This document shows, piece after piece, positions 52,974 to 64,000 of a stretch of 64,000 nucleotides of DNA (position 1 is its first letter; each line of letters begins with the position of its first letter). Source of the DNA: Curvularia clavata (lineage: Eukaryota); the NCBI GenBank assembly GCA_023920165.1, contig CP089281.1, forward strand, positions 1,178,001 through 1,242,000, written 5' to 3'. The notes under the pieces are model-generated. The model ran no database searches, was not told where the DNA came from, and saw only the letters and a program-made list of their open reading frames with translations. The position numbers and the translations under genes were made by a program.

Positions 52974-55900
52974 TTAATGGGGTTGTGGTGCGGACGTGGC
53001 AACGGGTGATGTAGGCTTTTTGGGCTTGGTGTCCTTGGTGTTGGTAATGCTGTGAGAATCGTCATCATCGTCGTCGTCCATGTCCACGTTGTTTCTCCAC
53101 TGCGAGAGGGAGTCGTTTAGACTAGTCTTGTCGTTGGTAGGTGTTCGTTCAAAGTCGAAGCGGTCACTCAACCGGTACGCCTTGTTAGTTGTTTCCCAGT
53201 GACTTCGGAGGGCATCGAGTTCAGACGCGAGGCTATCGAGGGCCATTGAGTTGCGGGTGGCAGCAGAGCCTGGACGGGGGATGGCCTCCGGGGTGCTGGA
53301 GCCATCGTTGTGGCTGTATAGCGACTCGCCTGAAGCGACACTGTCGTGTCCACGGTGACGTGCGTGTTCAGAACGAGAGCTGTCGCCTGGCGCTTGCGAT
53401 TGACGGCGGTAGTTGTCAACCGACGACTCGAACTGGTCCAGGAACATCTGCACCCGGCTTTCAGCTTCCCGTGCACGCTCCTCGACCTGCGCGTGCTGAC
53501 GGCGAAGCGACTCGAGGTCGGCTTGGGCCTGGGATGCCTGGCCCTCTGCTTGTTTTGTGGCATTAGCTGCCGTCTCAGCCTCGGCGCGGGCGGAAGCCAG
53601 ATCAGACTGCAGCTGAGAAAGCTGCGTCTCGAAGCGGGCAACAGTGGCTTCCATCTCCTCCTGCGTCTTTGATAGTTCAGAGCGAAGCGTAGTGCGTTCT
53701 GCCTCCCACGCGGCTGTGTCCGCTCGACTAGGACTGCGTGCTTCCTGCTTCTTTTGAGCCAGCTCTTCTTCAAGCTTCTGGTTAGCGCTCTTGTAGCGAT
53801 CAAGCTCCTGCTTCATCTTGGTGAGCATCTTCTCTGTGCCTCGGAGATACTTGACAGCAGCCTGGTGGTCGTTGTGCAGCGCCTGCAGCTTCTCCTCCCA
53901 CTCTTTGCTGACCTCATGCTCACGCTCTTCGAACACAATACGTAGCTCTTCATGGGCCTTGTTCATGGCATCGACCTGCTGTTCGAGTTCTCGGACTCGA
54001 TTCAACTCGGGTGTGCCAAATCTAGAGCTGGGGCTATCCAAAACCTTTGAGCGGCGGGCGTCTACAGGGTTAACACCCCTTTCATCGAGAAGATTGCGAA
54101 GTGTCTTGAGCTGGACCTCGAATGCGTTGCTCTCGAGGCGCAGGCGCTCGTGCTGCTGGTGGAGTTCGATCTTCTCGGCCTCTGAAAGCTGGACATCGCG
54201 CATGGCTTGCTGGAGTTGTTTGCGGATGGTAAGTCCTTCGCGACTGGACTGTTCCTGATAGGCCTCCAGGCCAGCAATGCGTTCCTCTGCGCGGCGGAGC
54301 TTCTCCGAAGCTTGGTCAGCTGCCGTCTGATTCTTGCGAGCCATCGAAGTTGCCGTCTCGAGCTGCTGTTTCAGCACATTGACACGCTCGTCAGCATTTG
54401 CACCGTCCTGTTCAGATCGCTCCGTAATGCTCTGAAGACCCGAGAAAACAGTAGCTCGATGTACACGTGCTTCCTCGGCATGGCTCTCCGCTAGCTCCTC
54501 TGCATCGTGAAGCTTTTGCGTGGTGGTCTCAAGCTCGGCTACACGTGCCTCGTAATCGCTTCGCAACTGACTAAGCTTCTGACGAAGTGTCTCGCTCTGT
54601 TGTCGCTCTTCGTTGAGCTTCTTCTCCAGCAGTGACGTCTTTTCGGTGGATGCAACGATGGCATCGCGTAGAGATTGGATGATAGCAGTTTGAGCCTTTG
54701 ACTCTTCAGAGGCCTTGGTGAATCTGGTGGTCAGTTCTTCCTTGTCAATGGCCAGAAGCTTTGCCGATGACTCTGCTTCTGCGGCGCTTGTAGAAACTTC
54801 TCTTGCTATCCGCTCTGCTTCGTGAAGCTCGGCACGCAGGCGCTCGGATTCGGCAGTAGCCTTCTGTCGCGTAGAATCCAGCTCGTTTACGCGTTTCTGC
54901 GCCGCCTCTGCCGTATCTTCAGCCAGCTGTCTGGCCTTGCTTTCAGCCTCTATCTGGCGCGCCAGCTGCTCGACCTTAGTAGTCAGTTCAGCCTGGGCAG
55001 CTATAGAGGCAGCCAATCGGCGATTGGCATCTTGGAGACGATCAGCATCAGGCGTATTGACATTTCGGGGTCCATCGGGCTGCGGAGTTCCGTTGTGGCT
55101 ACTTCCTCCGTGAGCAGCCAACTTGGTCTTGGCGTATATGGCCTCGCTGACGGCTGCGTCGCGCTGTCTTTCTACTTCAGCAATCCTCCTTGCCGCGTCC
55201 TCGCCCTGGGTCTTGATCGAGGTCTGCACACGTTCGAGCTCGGTCTTCATTTTTAGGAGTGCTTCCAGTAGTGGTTTGTCCTCATCCCGGAATGACTCGG
55301 CGGATCGTTCGTCGAAGACTGGGCTAGTCGAAGTACCGGCATTGTAGCCGGCCCTACGAGCCAGGGCCAGTTCCGAGGCGTACCATGCATTTCGACTCTT
55401 GAGATGCTCAAGTTCGCGGATCAGCTCATTGTTGCGCTGATCAGTTATCGGCGATGCGTTCTTGGCACTATCATTGCGCAGGTGCTGAATTTCCCTCGCC
55501 GGACCGCGTTGCTGAGACTCTGAAGATTGTCTGGTTGACTGCTCTATGCTCTCCAAAGAAGCCTGTTGGTGGTGTGACCTGGATGTGTTTCGCGAAACTA
55601 TGCTGGCGGATCGTGTGGTGTCCATTGACTGCTTGGGCGTTCGCCGACCGCCAGCAGTGTCTGAAGATTTGCGCTCTGCATCACTGGTTAGAGGACTATC
55701 CCTGGTTCCTTGTGAAACATTTTCTCTATTCACAGCGGATGCAGTATTTGTGTCCAAGGGAGGGCCATATCCACGCTCGTTCTTGGTAGGGGTCCTACTC
55801 CTGGCTTTGGCACCGTTCTCTCGTGGCTGCGGCGGTTGTTGAAGTGGTGGTGGACCTGGCTGCTGACCAGCTGCCCGCGGGAGTCGTGACCCCGCGGACA

Positions 55901-57565
55901 TGGTTCCGTTGGTCGTGTTGTCCGGGGAAGTGGAAAGTTGGGCGGCCGTCATTGCGCTCTCGCGCACAGGAGGTGAACCGACTTTAGGGGCCATGTTGCT
56001 TTTTTCACCACCACTCATCTTGCGTTGAGTGTTTTGCGGTGCCTGTTGCTGCTGTGGTGGAGGGGGTGCACTCTCATTGGGCGGGTATCGAATCTTGGAT
56101 GTGTCCAGGATGTAGCTGAGACTGAGCTCGTTCTTGTCACTGATGGATGAACTAGGCTCACCAGCGAGCACAACAATGTGCTTTCCAAAAGCAGTCATAC
56201 TGTGCCCGGATCGAGCCGAGGGGGAGTGACCCATGTTTTGGAACATGTACCAGCGGCGGGATGAGATGCGGAAGGCGGCAAGGTCGCCCAGGTCAATGCC
56301 TTCTTGGGTGCGCCCGCCGAAAATGTACATTGTATCGTTGACAAGGGCGGCAGAATGGCCTTCGCGGGCAACAGGGATGTAGCCAATGCAATCGAGCTCG
56401 GTCCATGTATTGGAGCGTGGGTTGTATGTCCATACATCGTTGAACCAAGTGATACCGTCTGTGCCGCCAAAACTGGTCTGAGTTAGCAAAAGACAATGTG
56501 TGGGCCCAACAAGCGCAATACGTACAGGTAGAGTTGGTCGTTCCACGTGACCATGGAGTGGTTGGTGCGAGCCTGTGGTGACGGGCTCTGGGGGGACGGC
56601 TGTTCCTTTGTGTTTGGCAGCAGCACTTCCCAGCGGCTCGCAGAAGACTGCAGCGAGTTGAGATCGAATGCGACCAGGTCATTGAAGAAGAAGCCCTCAA
56701 CCTGACCTCCGAATATGTAGATCTTGGAGCCGAGGATATTCAACGTGTGTCCGTAGCGGCCAGTGGGACGCGGGCCTTGGGGAAGTGCGCGCGACCAGTG
56801 CTTGGTTGCTAGAGCATGTCAGTTGGGGGGATGAAGCTGGTTATGGGGAGCACAAACAGGTATTGAGAAGATAGAGGGTGTCATCGAGGTCGTCGTTGTC
56901 AGCCAGCTTGGTGTCTCCACCAAATACAATGAACGCGTTGCCAACCAACAAGCTGGCATGGCCGACACGCGGTCCAGGGCCATCACCAGTGGTGGAGATG
57001 GGGTAGCATGTCATGCTGCCATTGCCCATTTCGGTGAGCCACAAGTCACCCTTGACGGTCGCGCCGCCGACCAGACCTCCCATAAGGTAGACGGTGCCAT
57101 CTTTCGAGGCTGTAGAATTGATGGCTGCGCCGTATCGGGGAAAGGGATTGCCTGCTGTGAAGTTGAGGCGGCGGGAGGACCACGGGTAGGGAGATTCTGA
57201 GGCATTGCTGCCGAGTCTGGCGTTTGGATTCTGCAGTAGTCAGCACATGGATGCACCCAATGCAGGAGGAGCGCAGCCAGCCGTACCTGCGCATTTGGGT
57301 CGGTCTTGTCACGCAGCGCTTTCTGCTCGGGAGTTGAGGCCTGGAGAGAGCTCAGAGAGTTGTTAACGCTGCCACTAGGAGTCGACGATGGGCCTTGGGG
57401 GGCGCCACGAGACTTGTCGGCATCGCGCGAGCTGGCTCCATTGAGCGCGGCTGGCGGCTGCTGGTCGGGCCCATGGGACGAGGTGATATTCCTGGTGGCT
57501 GGGGGGAGCGCGCTGCTTGGGGGTTGCTGCTGGTGCTTGCTCTTCTTGCCGAAGAGAAAGGACAT
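52974..57565 (-). CDS. Kelch-repeat cell polarity protein (Kel1/Tea1 family); 4 exons
   Basis: Kelch repeats (PFPRYG, PRVGHAS, IYIFGG, AREGHSA, ARSGHSM) followed by a long coiled coil and RSHWETTNKAYRLS near the C-terminus. Confidence 0.9.
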
Positions 57566-57809
57566 GGCGTCGGGGGGTGCTGCGAGAGCGGAGTTGCAAT
57601 GGCAGCCCGGGGCCTATCGCGCAGGCATTCGGGAGAGGTGGCAGTGGGAGAGGGTACGAGTGAGGCGTCTAGAGGGCGAGACGGACGGGAGACGGGCGCA
57701 TGTCTTTGTGCCGGGGACGGGGGAGTGGTGATGCAGACGCAGACCGAGGAGCAGATGTAGAAGAAGGGAAGGGGAGCCGGCGATGTTTTTGGCGGACAGG
57801 GGACTGGCG

Positions 57810-57884
57810 TTTGATTTGATTTGATTTGGTTTTGATCCGATCTGCTCTGGACACACAGGACAGGACTGGACTGGACAGGACAGG
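57810..57884. repeat. Two pentanucleotide microsatellites, (TTTGA)n and (GGACA/GGACT)n, upstream of the kelch gene
   Basis: tttgatttgatttgatttggttttga and ggacaggactggactggacaggacagg, seen directly. Confidence 0.75.
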
Positions 57885-58686
57885 TCAGCCAACGGTCGGG
57901 AGCTGGGTACACGGCGCAACAGCCTCTCGTCTCCCTGGGCGTCCCCCCAACGCCCTGCCCTGGCCGCCCTGCGCACCGCGCCCCCTGAGAGGTGTCCGCG
58001 ACGATCACCGCCCGCCCACGCGGCTAGGGGGTGCTGCCAGGCTATTGAGTGCCATTGGCTGCGCTGCCCGCACTCGCAGCCTCCATCATGTGCGCGAGCA
58101 TGTTGCCGCGCTGCTAGTCACCGTCGCCCAGCTGCCCATCCATGCCCAGGTTTCCCAGCTGCTGCGTCTGTGGCGGCGCGGTCACTTCTTGGAGCGTGTC
58201 GTGTGCCCGCGTACATGGTAGGACGTGCTTCTCGGTGTACCGAAAGAGTCGGATTCAGACTGCCTTGCAACGGTGATAAACCCATGGGTAATGTCCCCCC
58301 TACACACACTCACACGGGTCACATACAAACGTGTCGAGAGTCACAGGATCCGTTGCACAAGACTAATGTGGCCATGGTAGTTCCGACTGCTGGTTGGCGG
58401 CTGGCATGAATGTTCTTCGGGGCGTCTGGCTATACACCAAAAGGTTGACCGCGGGACTTCCTTTTAGGCTTAGCGCAGCCACCTCGAGCTTGCAGTGGTA
58501 AACGTCAACGCGCAATTATCTCGACATTCCCATCTTGACCGTCTCCCCCATTCACTCTCGCCGTCTTACCTGTCTCGAGTGCTGCCCAAGCACTGCTGTC
58601 GCCCCATCCTCTTCACCGCCGCTGCGCCCCCTCTGCGCGCACAAGAAGATGGGCGCCGCCGCCGCCGTCACTGCTCGCCGTAGCTC

Positions 58687-61600
58687 ATGATGCCAACTGC
58701 CTCACACATGCCCACCGCCGGCCACACCCATCCCAACCCACTTGCTTCGCACGCACCTGCGCCCGCGACTGCAACCGCAGACATGAATGGCTCTGCTAAT
58801 CACCACCAGCTGCCGCGCTTAGAGCCTGCTGCCGACGCACTGCGTCCCAATACCGCCGTGCCTGCTAATCCCTCGTCGCCTTCAGATGAAGACGACCATG
58901 CCGCGCCCCCCCGCCCGGCTTCCTCTGGCCACCAGCCTGCCCGTCCCAGCATTGCGCGCGCCAAGAGCGATTATGGGCCCCGCCATGCCACCAGGTCGCC
59001 AGATATTGCCGACGAGGAGAGCGTCGACGGCCACTTCAAGATCCGCCATGGCTGGCACGACCAGCTCAACTCGGAGGAGTACAGCAACCTGCTCACTTCC
59101 AACTTCTTCATGTACTACACCGACAAGAAGCACGAGACGGGCGGACACCCCAAGAACGACGACGGCGCGTTCCCCGTGCAGGAATGGCGCATGCGAGACC
59201 GCCTCAAGACCGTCTCTGCCGTGCTCGCCCTCTGCCTTAACATCGGCGTAGACCCTCCGGACGTCATCAAGACAAACCCCTGCGCAAAGGAGGAGTGCTG
59301 GATCGACCCCACCGTCACCTCCCAGACTCCAGGTCACACACCCATGAACCAGATTGGCAAGGCTCTGCAGACGCAGTACGAGCAGCTTAGTATGCGCACG
59401 CGTTACAAACTTTTGCTCGACCCTACAACAGACGAGACAAGAAAGTACACGTCGACACTGAGGCGCAATGCCCGCAACGAGCGTGTCTTGTTCCACTACA
59501 ATGGCCACGGCGTGCCCAAGCCTACGTCGTCTGGTGAAATCTGGGTTTTTAATAGAAACTACACTCAGTATATCCCTCTGTCGCTCTACGACCTGCAGTC
59601 CTGGATCGGTGCCCCTAGTCTCTTCGTCTATGACTGCTCAGACGCCGGTCTCATCATCAGCAACTTTAACCGTTTCGCTGAAAAGCACCAGGCAGAGTTT
59701 GAGGAAGCCCGTCGCCGGGACCCCAGTGTCGAGCACATCGACTTTGGCGATTGCATTCATCTGGCAGCATGCCGGGAGAAAGAGTCTCTTCCTACAAACC
59801 CAGAACTGCCTGCCGATGTCTTTACTTCATGCCTGACCGACCCCATCACCATGGCTGTGCGCTTCTTTATCTTGCAGAACCCTCTTCCAACCAAAGTCAG
59901 CCTTCGAGATGCGCACAACATCCCCGGCAAAGTCTCTGAGCGTAGAACGCCCATTGGCGAGCTGAACTGGATCTTCACAGCTATTACTGACACCATTGCC
60001 TGGAACTCTCTTTCCAAGCCTTTGTTTAAAAAACTGTTCCGCCAAGACTTGATGGTTGCAGCCCTCTTCCGCAACTATCTCCTTGCGCAACGCGTTATGC
60101 GTGCCTACCACTGCCATCCCGTGTCGCACCCTGAGATTCCCCAAACACATGACCACCCGCTCTGGCGCAGCTGGGATCTTGCCGTTGAACTCATCTTGGC
60201 CCAGCTGCCTGCACTCCAAGCTGAAGCCCGTGGCGAGCGCGAGTACAACTACAAGCATTCCGACTTTTTCTCAGAGCAGCTGACTGCTTTTGAGGTCTAC
60301 CTAACCCAGGGCGCAGTTGAGCAAAAAGTACCAGAACAGCTCCCTATAGTGCTGCAAGTACTGCTGAGCCAGGTCCACCGACTGCGTGCACTAATCCTGC
60401 TCTCAAGCTTCCTAGACCATGGTCCTTGGGCTGTGAATCTTGCGCTTAGCATTGGTATCTTCCCGTATGTCTTAAAACTACTCCAGTCACAGGCAAATGA
60501 ACTTAAGCCAGTCATGGTCTTCATCTGGGCGCGAATCCTCGCAGTGGATCAATCTTGCCAGGCTGATCTTCTCAAAGACAACGGCTACCAATATTTCATT
60601 AGCATTTTCAACCCAAATTCTGGTATATCACTTGAAACTCTTTCACTCGATTCGTAATCTAACTGTAAGCAGGAATTCCAATCCAGAACGCCAGCGAACA
60701 CCGCGCTATGTGCGCCTTCATCATCTCCATGTTCTGCAAGGACTACAACCAAGGACAACGTGCCTCACTTAACACGGAGCTGGTAGAGAGTTGTTTGGAC
60801 CATCTTAAAGACATGCAGAACCCCCTGCTGCGGCAGTGGTCATGTCTCTGCCTGAGTAAGCTCTGGGTAAACTACGAAGAAGCAAAGTGGGTCGGTATTC
60901 GATGCATGGCACATGAAAGGCTATGCGAACTTGTCGTAGATCCTGTTGCTGAAGTTCGAGCTGCAATGCTGCACGCGTTGGCATCGTTCCTGGGCATCCG
61001 CGATGTCACACCCCAGGTGGCCAACATTGAAGAATCAATCGCTTCCATGATCCTCGTCATGACCACGGACGGCAACAGTATGGTGCGTAAGGAATTGCTC
61101 ATCTTTTTCTCGACGTTTGTCGCGCGCTACAAGAGCCGCTTCATTGTTGCTGCATTCGAACAGTTCTCGGAAGAAGGCCTCGAACCCAATGGAAAGCATC
61201 CGGATGACAGGACTGGCGACACACTGTACATGAAGAGCCGAACAGGGGCAGCAGGCAGTGTTTCTGAATCATCCTGCTCACAAAACACCATCTACTCGGC
61301 CATCTGGAAGGAGCTCTTGGTCATGTCAGTGGACCCCTATCCAGAAATCGCACGAGATGCTGGAATCGTCGTGGACCATGTCTTGGTAGCGTTGATGGAG
61401 TCGTCACTCGCCAAGTTTGTACAGCCACAGTTGGATGAGACCCTTCAGCACGTCCAAGCGCCTCGGCCAGTTCGTCGTGTAGCGGAAGAAGGTCCTGCGC
61501 CTCCAAAAGCCTCACACCCTCCAACACCTACAAAGGACTCTTCATACCTGTCTCTTTTTGGAGGCATCAGGAAATCTACGAGCGTGGGTGCCTCACTCAA

Positions 61601-63116
61601 AAACCTTTGGGCTGGGCACGATACAGCAAACCCCAGACAGAGCTCCTCAGGCAGGAATGGTACGGAGGGTGTTCCGATGCCTGCCGCATCACGCCCTCAA
61701 ACACCAGAAAGGTATCATGTTGAAGAGCAACCGACATCTCGGGGTTTCAAGAATCGCGACTTGTCTGAGAAGCCAGAAATACCACTCAAGAGTGTGTTCT
61801 TTGAGTGGTCTGTGGAGTACTTCAGGGAGCCCCAGATGAAGCCGACTGAAGCCGATGAGCCGGGAAGCACAGATTACAATGGCAGACTGTGGCGCAGGAA
61901 CCGCAACGATAAGATCATTGCAGAGACTCAGCCGCTCAAGGACATTGCCATTTCCAATCGTTGGGATGTGCCACGTGGTTATGTTGACAATCTCAGTCAG
62001 CCCGCAAAGATGTTTTTCCATCAGTTCGAAGACCACCTGGTTGTGACGGATACGCGAGACACAGTCAACATCTTTGACTACTCAAAGTCAGTCAACCGTA
62101 TCAACAGCTTCTCCAATGGCAACCCGCCCGAGTCAAGGATAACAGATGTACGGTTTATCAATGAAGATGACCAGGCACTATTGATGACTGGGTCTTCGGA
62201 CGGTGTAATCAAGATCTTCCGCAACTACGATCGCAAAGGAGAGACAGAATTGGTGACTGGGTTCCGCGCCCTGACAGATCTGGTCTCGAGCAACAAGAAC
62301 GCTGGACTCGTCTTTGATTGGCAGCAAGGCAGGGGCTTGATCCTGGTTGCCGGCGACGTCAAAGTTATTCGAGTGTGGAATGCCGGGACCGAAGTGTGCA
62401 CGAATGTAGGTTATATCTTTTGATTAAACAATCTCATAATGACTGACTTGCGCAGGATCTTCCAGCACGATCCGGTTCTTGCATCACATCCTTGACTTCG
62501 GATCAAGTCGAGGGCGATGTCTTTGTCGCTGGCTTCGGTGACGGTGCCATACGCGTGTATGATCAGCGCCAAAAGCCCGCCACTGCTATGGTCAAAGTTT
62601 GGAAAGAACACAAGCAGTGGATCACCAATGTGCATCTGCAGCGTGGCGGACAGCGCGAGCTTGTGAGTGGCTGTCGCGGTGGTGAGGTGAAACTATGGGA
62701 TATTCGCTGGGACAAGAGCGTGAAGACTATTCAAGCAACATCTGACACTCTGAGGACACTCAGTGTCCATGAGCATGCCCCAGTGTTTGCTACGTAAGTC
62801 TCTAACTTTCTCTATGGCAATTTGGTGTACTGACAATCCCAGTGGCACACAGCGACATCGGGTCAAAATCTTCAACATCCATAACGGCCAGCCTGTATCC
62901 CACCTCGAGCCCTACTCTGGTTTCCTTCGCGACCGGTCTTCTCCGATCTCTGTCACTGCCTTCCACCCCCATCGTCTTATGATTGCTGCAGCTGCGGCAC
63001 ATGATACTCATGTTAACATTTTCTCGTGTCATGAGCCAAAGAATGCGACAGTCAAAACAGTGAAGCTTTGGGATGGAAGTGCTACTGCGTCGAGCCGATC
63101 ATCTATTCATGGTTAA
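58687..63116 (+). CDS. KOG1: TORC1 subunit raptor (Kog1/Mip1); 4 exons
   Basis: RNC domain WRMRDRLKT..CLNIGVDPPD and ERVLFHYNGHGVP; HEAT region PEQLPIVLQVLLSQVHRLRAL; C-terminal WD40 repeats. Confidence 0.96.
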
Positions 63117-63743
63117 TTGATTTTGCCATTATCATCATGTTTGGTGCTCAGTTAACTTTTTCACACAGCTGGGACCGAGCAATCATGTGGATTATATCAT
63201 TTATGGCGTGTGCAACGGGGCTTCTCAAACATCCATCTTCTTCATTATACCCAGGCATAATTAGTAATACGGTACGCAATGGCACATGCACAACGGTCAG
63301 CTTTTTTCCTGACACTGCAAACGAAGTGATCTTTTAGTGTCTGAGCAAGCGTGGCTTGAGCACCACCAGGGTGGACCAAAATACTGGGACTCTGAAATGA
63401 CTTAGTCCATCACTACTACACTATATGAGTCTACTTGAAATAATTATATTAATAAGAGGTATTTCAAGATACGCGGGAGAGACACAACCAAAGAAAAAAA
63501 AGAAAAATCAATAACATTGTGCTGTGGTAGAGATATAAAGATTTGAACTTGGTGGATTTTCATTGGTTTTGGCGGCGCAGAGTCCCAATATTTTTGTGCC
63601 CCTGGTGAGCACCTATGACGCCGCGGGGATGGCGGGGCTTCGAATCAGTCATGGACGCCCCACTATCGAATTCCAACTCACAACTCGACATCACGCAACC
63701 TTTAGAACGCGATCACTAGACCGGACTATTCGACACAACCGCA

Positions 63744-64000
63744 ATGAGTGACGCACCACCAGCCGGCGGCGAAGCGCCATCCAAGAACGCGCTCAAGAAG
63801 GCACAGAAGGAGAAGGAAAAGGTCAGTATTGTCTCCCGTTTCACGCTGCCTTCACTGACACTGCGCAGGCAGAGAAGAAGGCTGCCGCCAAGGCTCGTGA
63901 ACTCGCTGAGCGCACCAAGAAGGAAGCCGACGACGCTGCCGATGTCTCTGTTGGCTCATATGGCGAGCTCCCTCTCATCGGATCCAAAGACTTCAAGCCT
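63744..64000 (+). CDS. Probable cytosolic aspartyl-tRNA synthetase, 5' part (runs off the window)
   Basis: MSDAPPAGGEAPSKNALKKAQKEKEK|AEKKAAAK..DVSVGSYGELPLIGS; intron 63822-63868. The SKNALKK helix plus D..YG.LPL pattern resembles eukaryotic AspRS N-termini; the catalytic domain is not visible. Confidence 0.65.
   Translation, partial: MSDAPPAGGEAPSKNALKKAQKEKEKVSIVSRFTLPSLTLRRQRRRLPPRLVNSLSAPRRKPTTLPMSLLAHMASSLSSDPKTSS

Overview
Gene-dense, intron-containing fungal genomic DNA. Gene content, short GT-AG introns with CTRAY branch points and a four-gene car cluster suggest a filamentous ascomycete, probably Dothideomycetes/Pleosporales (inference). About 27 protein-coding genes can be modelled by hand: MET3, COQ4, a SET methyltransferase, SEC21, LIP5, a GH18 chitinase, a CENP-O-like protein, an acetyl-CoA transporter, a 2-Cys peroxiredoxin, a double telobox-Myb protein, an annexin-like protein, GPI2, a carotenoid/retinal/rhodopsin cluster (carRA, carX, carO, carB), a histidine acid phosphatase, a GH43 xylosidase, VPS5, a PaaI thioesterase, a Kel1/Tea1 kelch protein, raptor (KOG1), the 5' end of a probable aspartyl-tRNA synthetase, and four hypotheticals. 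The most striking observation is two independent [D1,2] spliceosomal twin introns (stwintrons) about 3.3 kb apart, one in the GH43 gene (44857-45015) and one in the thioesterase gene (48293-48442). In each, an internal intron splits the GT donor of an external intron, and only sequential excision restores the conserved protein frame. The thioesterase gene also needs a GC-AG intron. Other points: a convergent coding overlap at the GPI2 3' end and a strong-context uORF overlapping the raptor start codon. No tRNA, rRNA, transposon or CRISPR was recognised. All gene models and splice sites were read manually and are unverified predictions.
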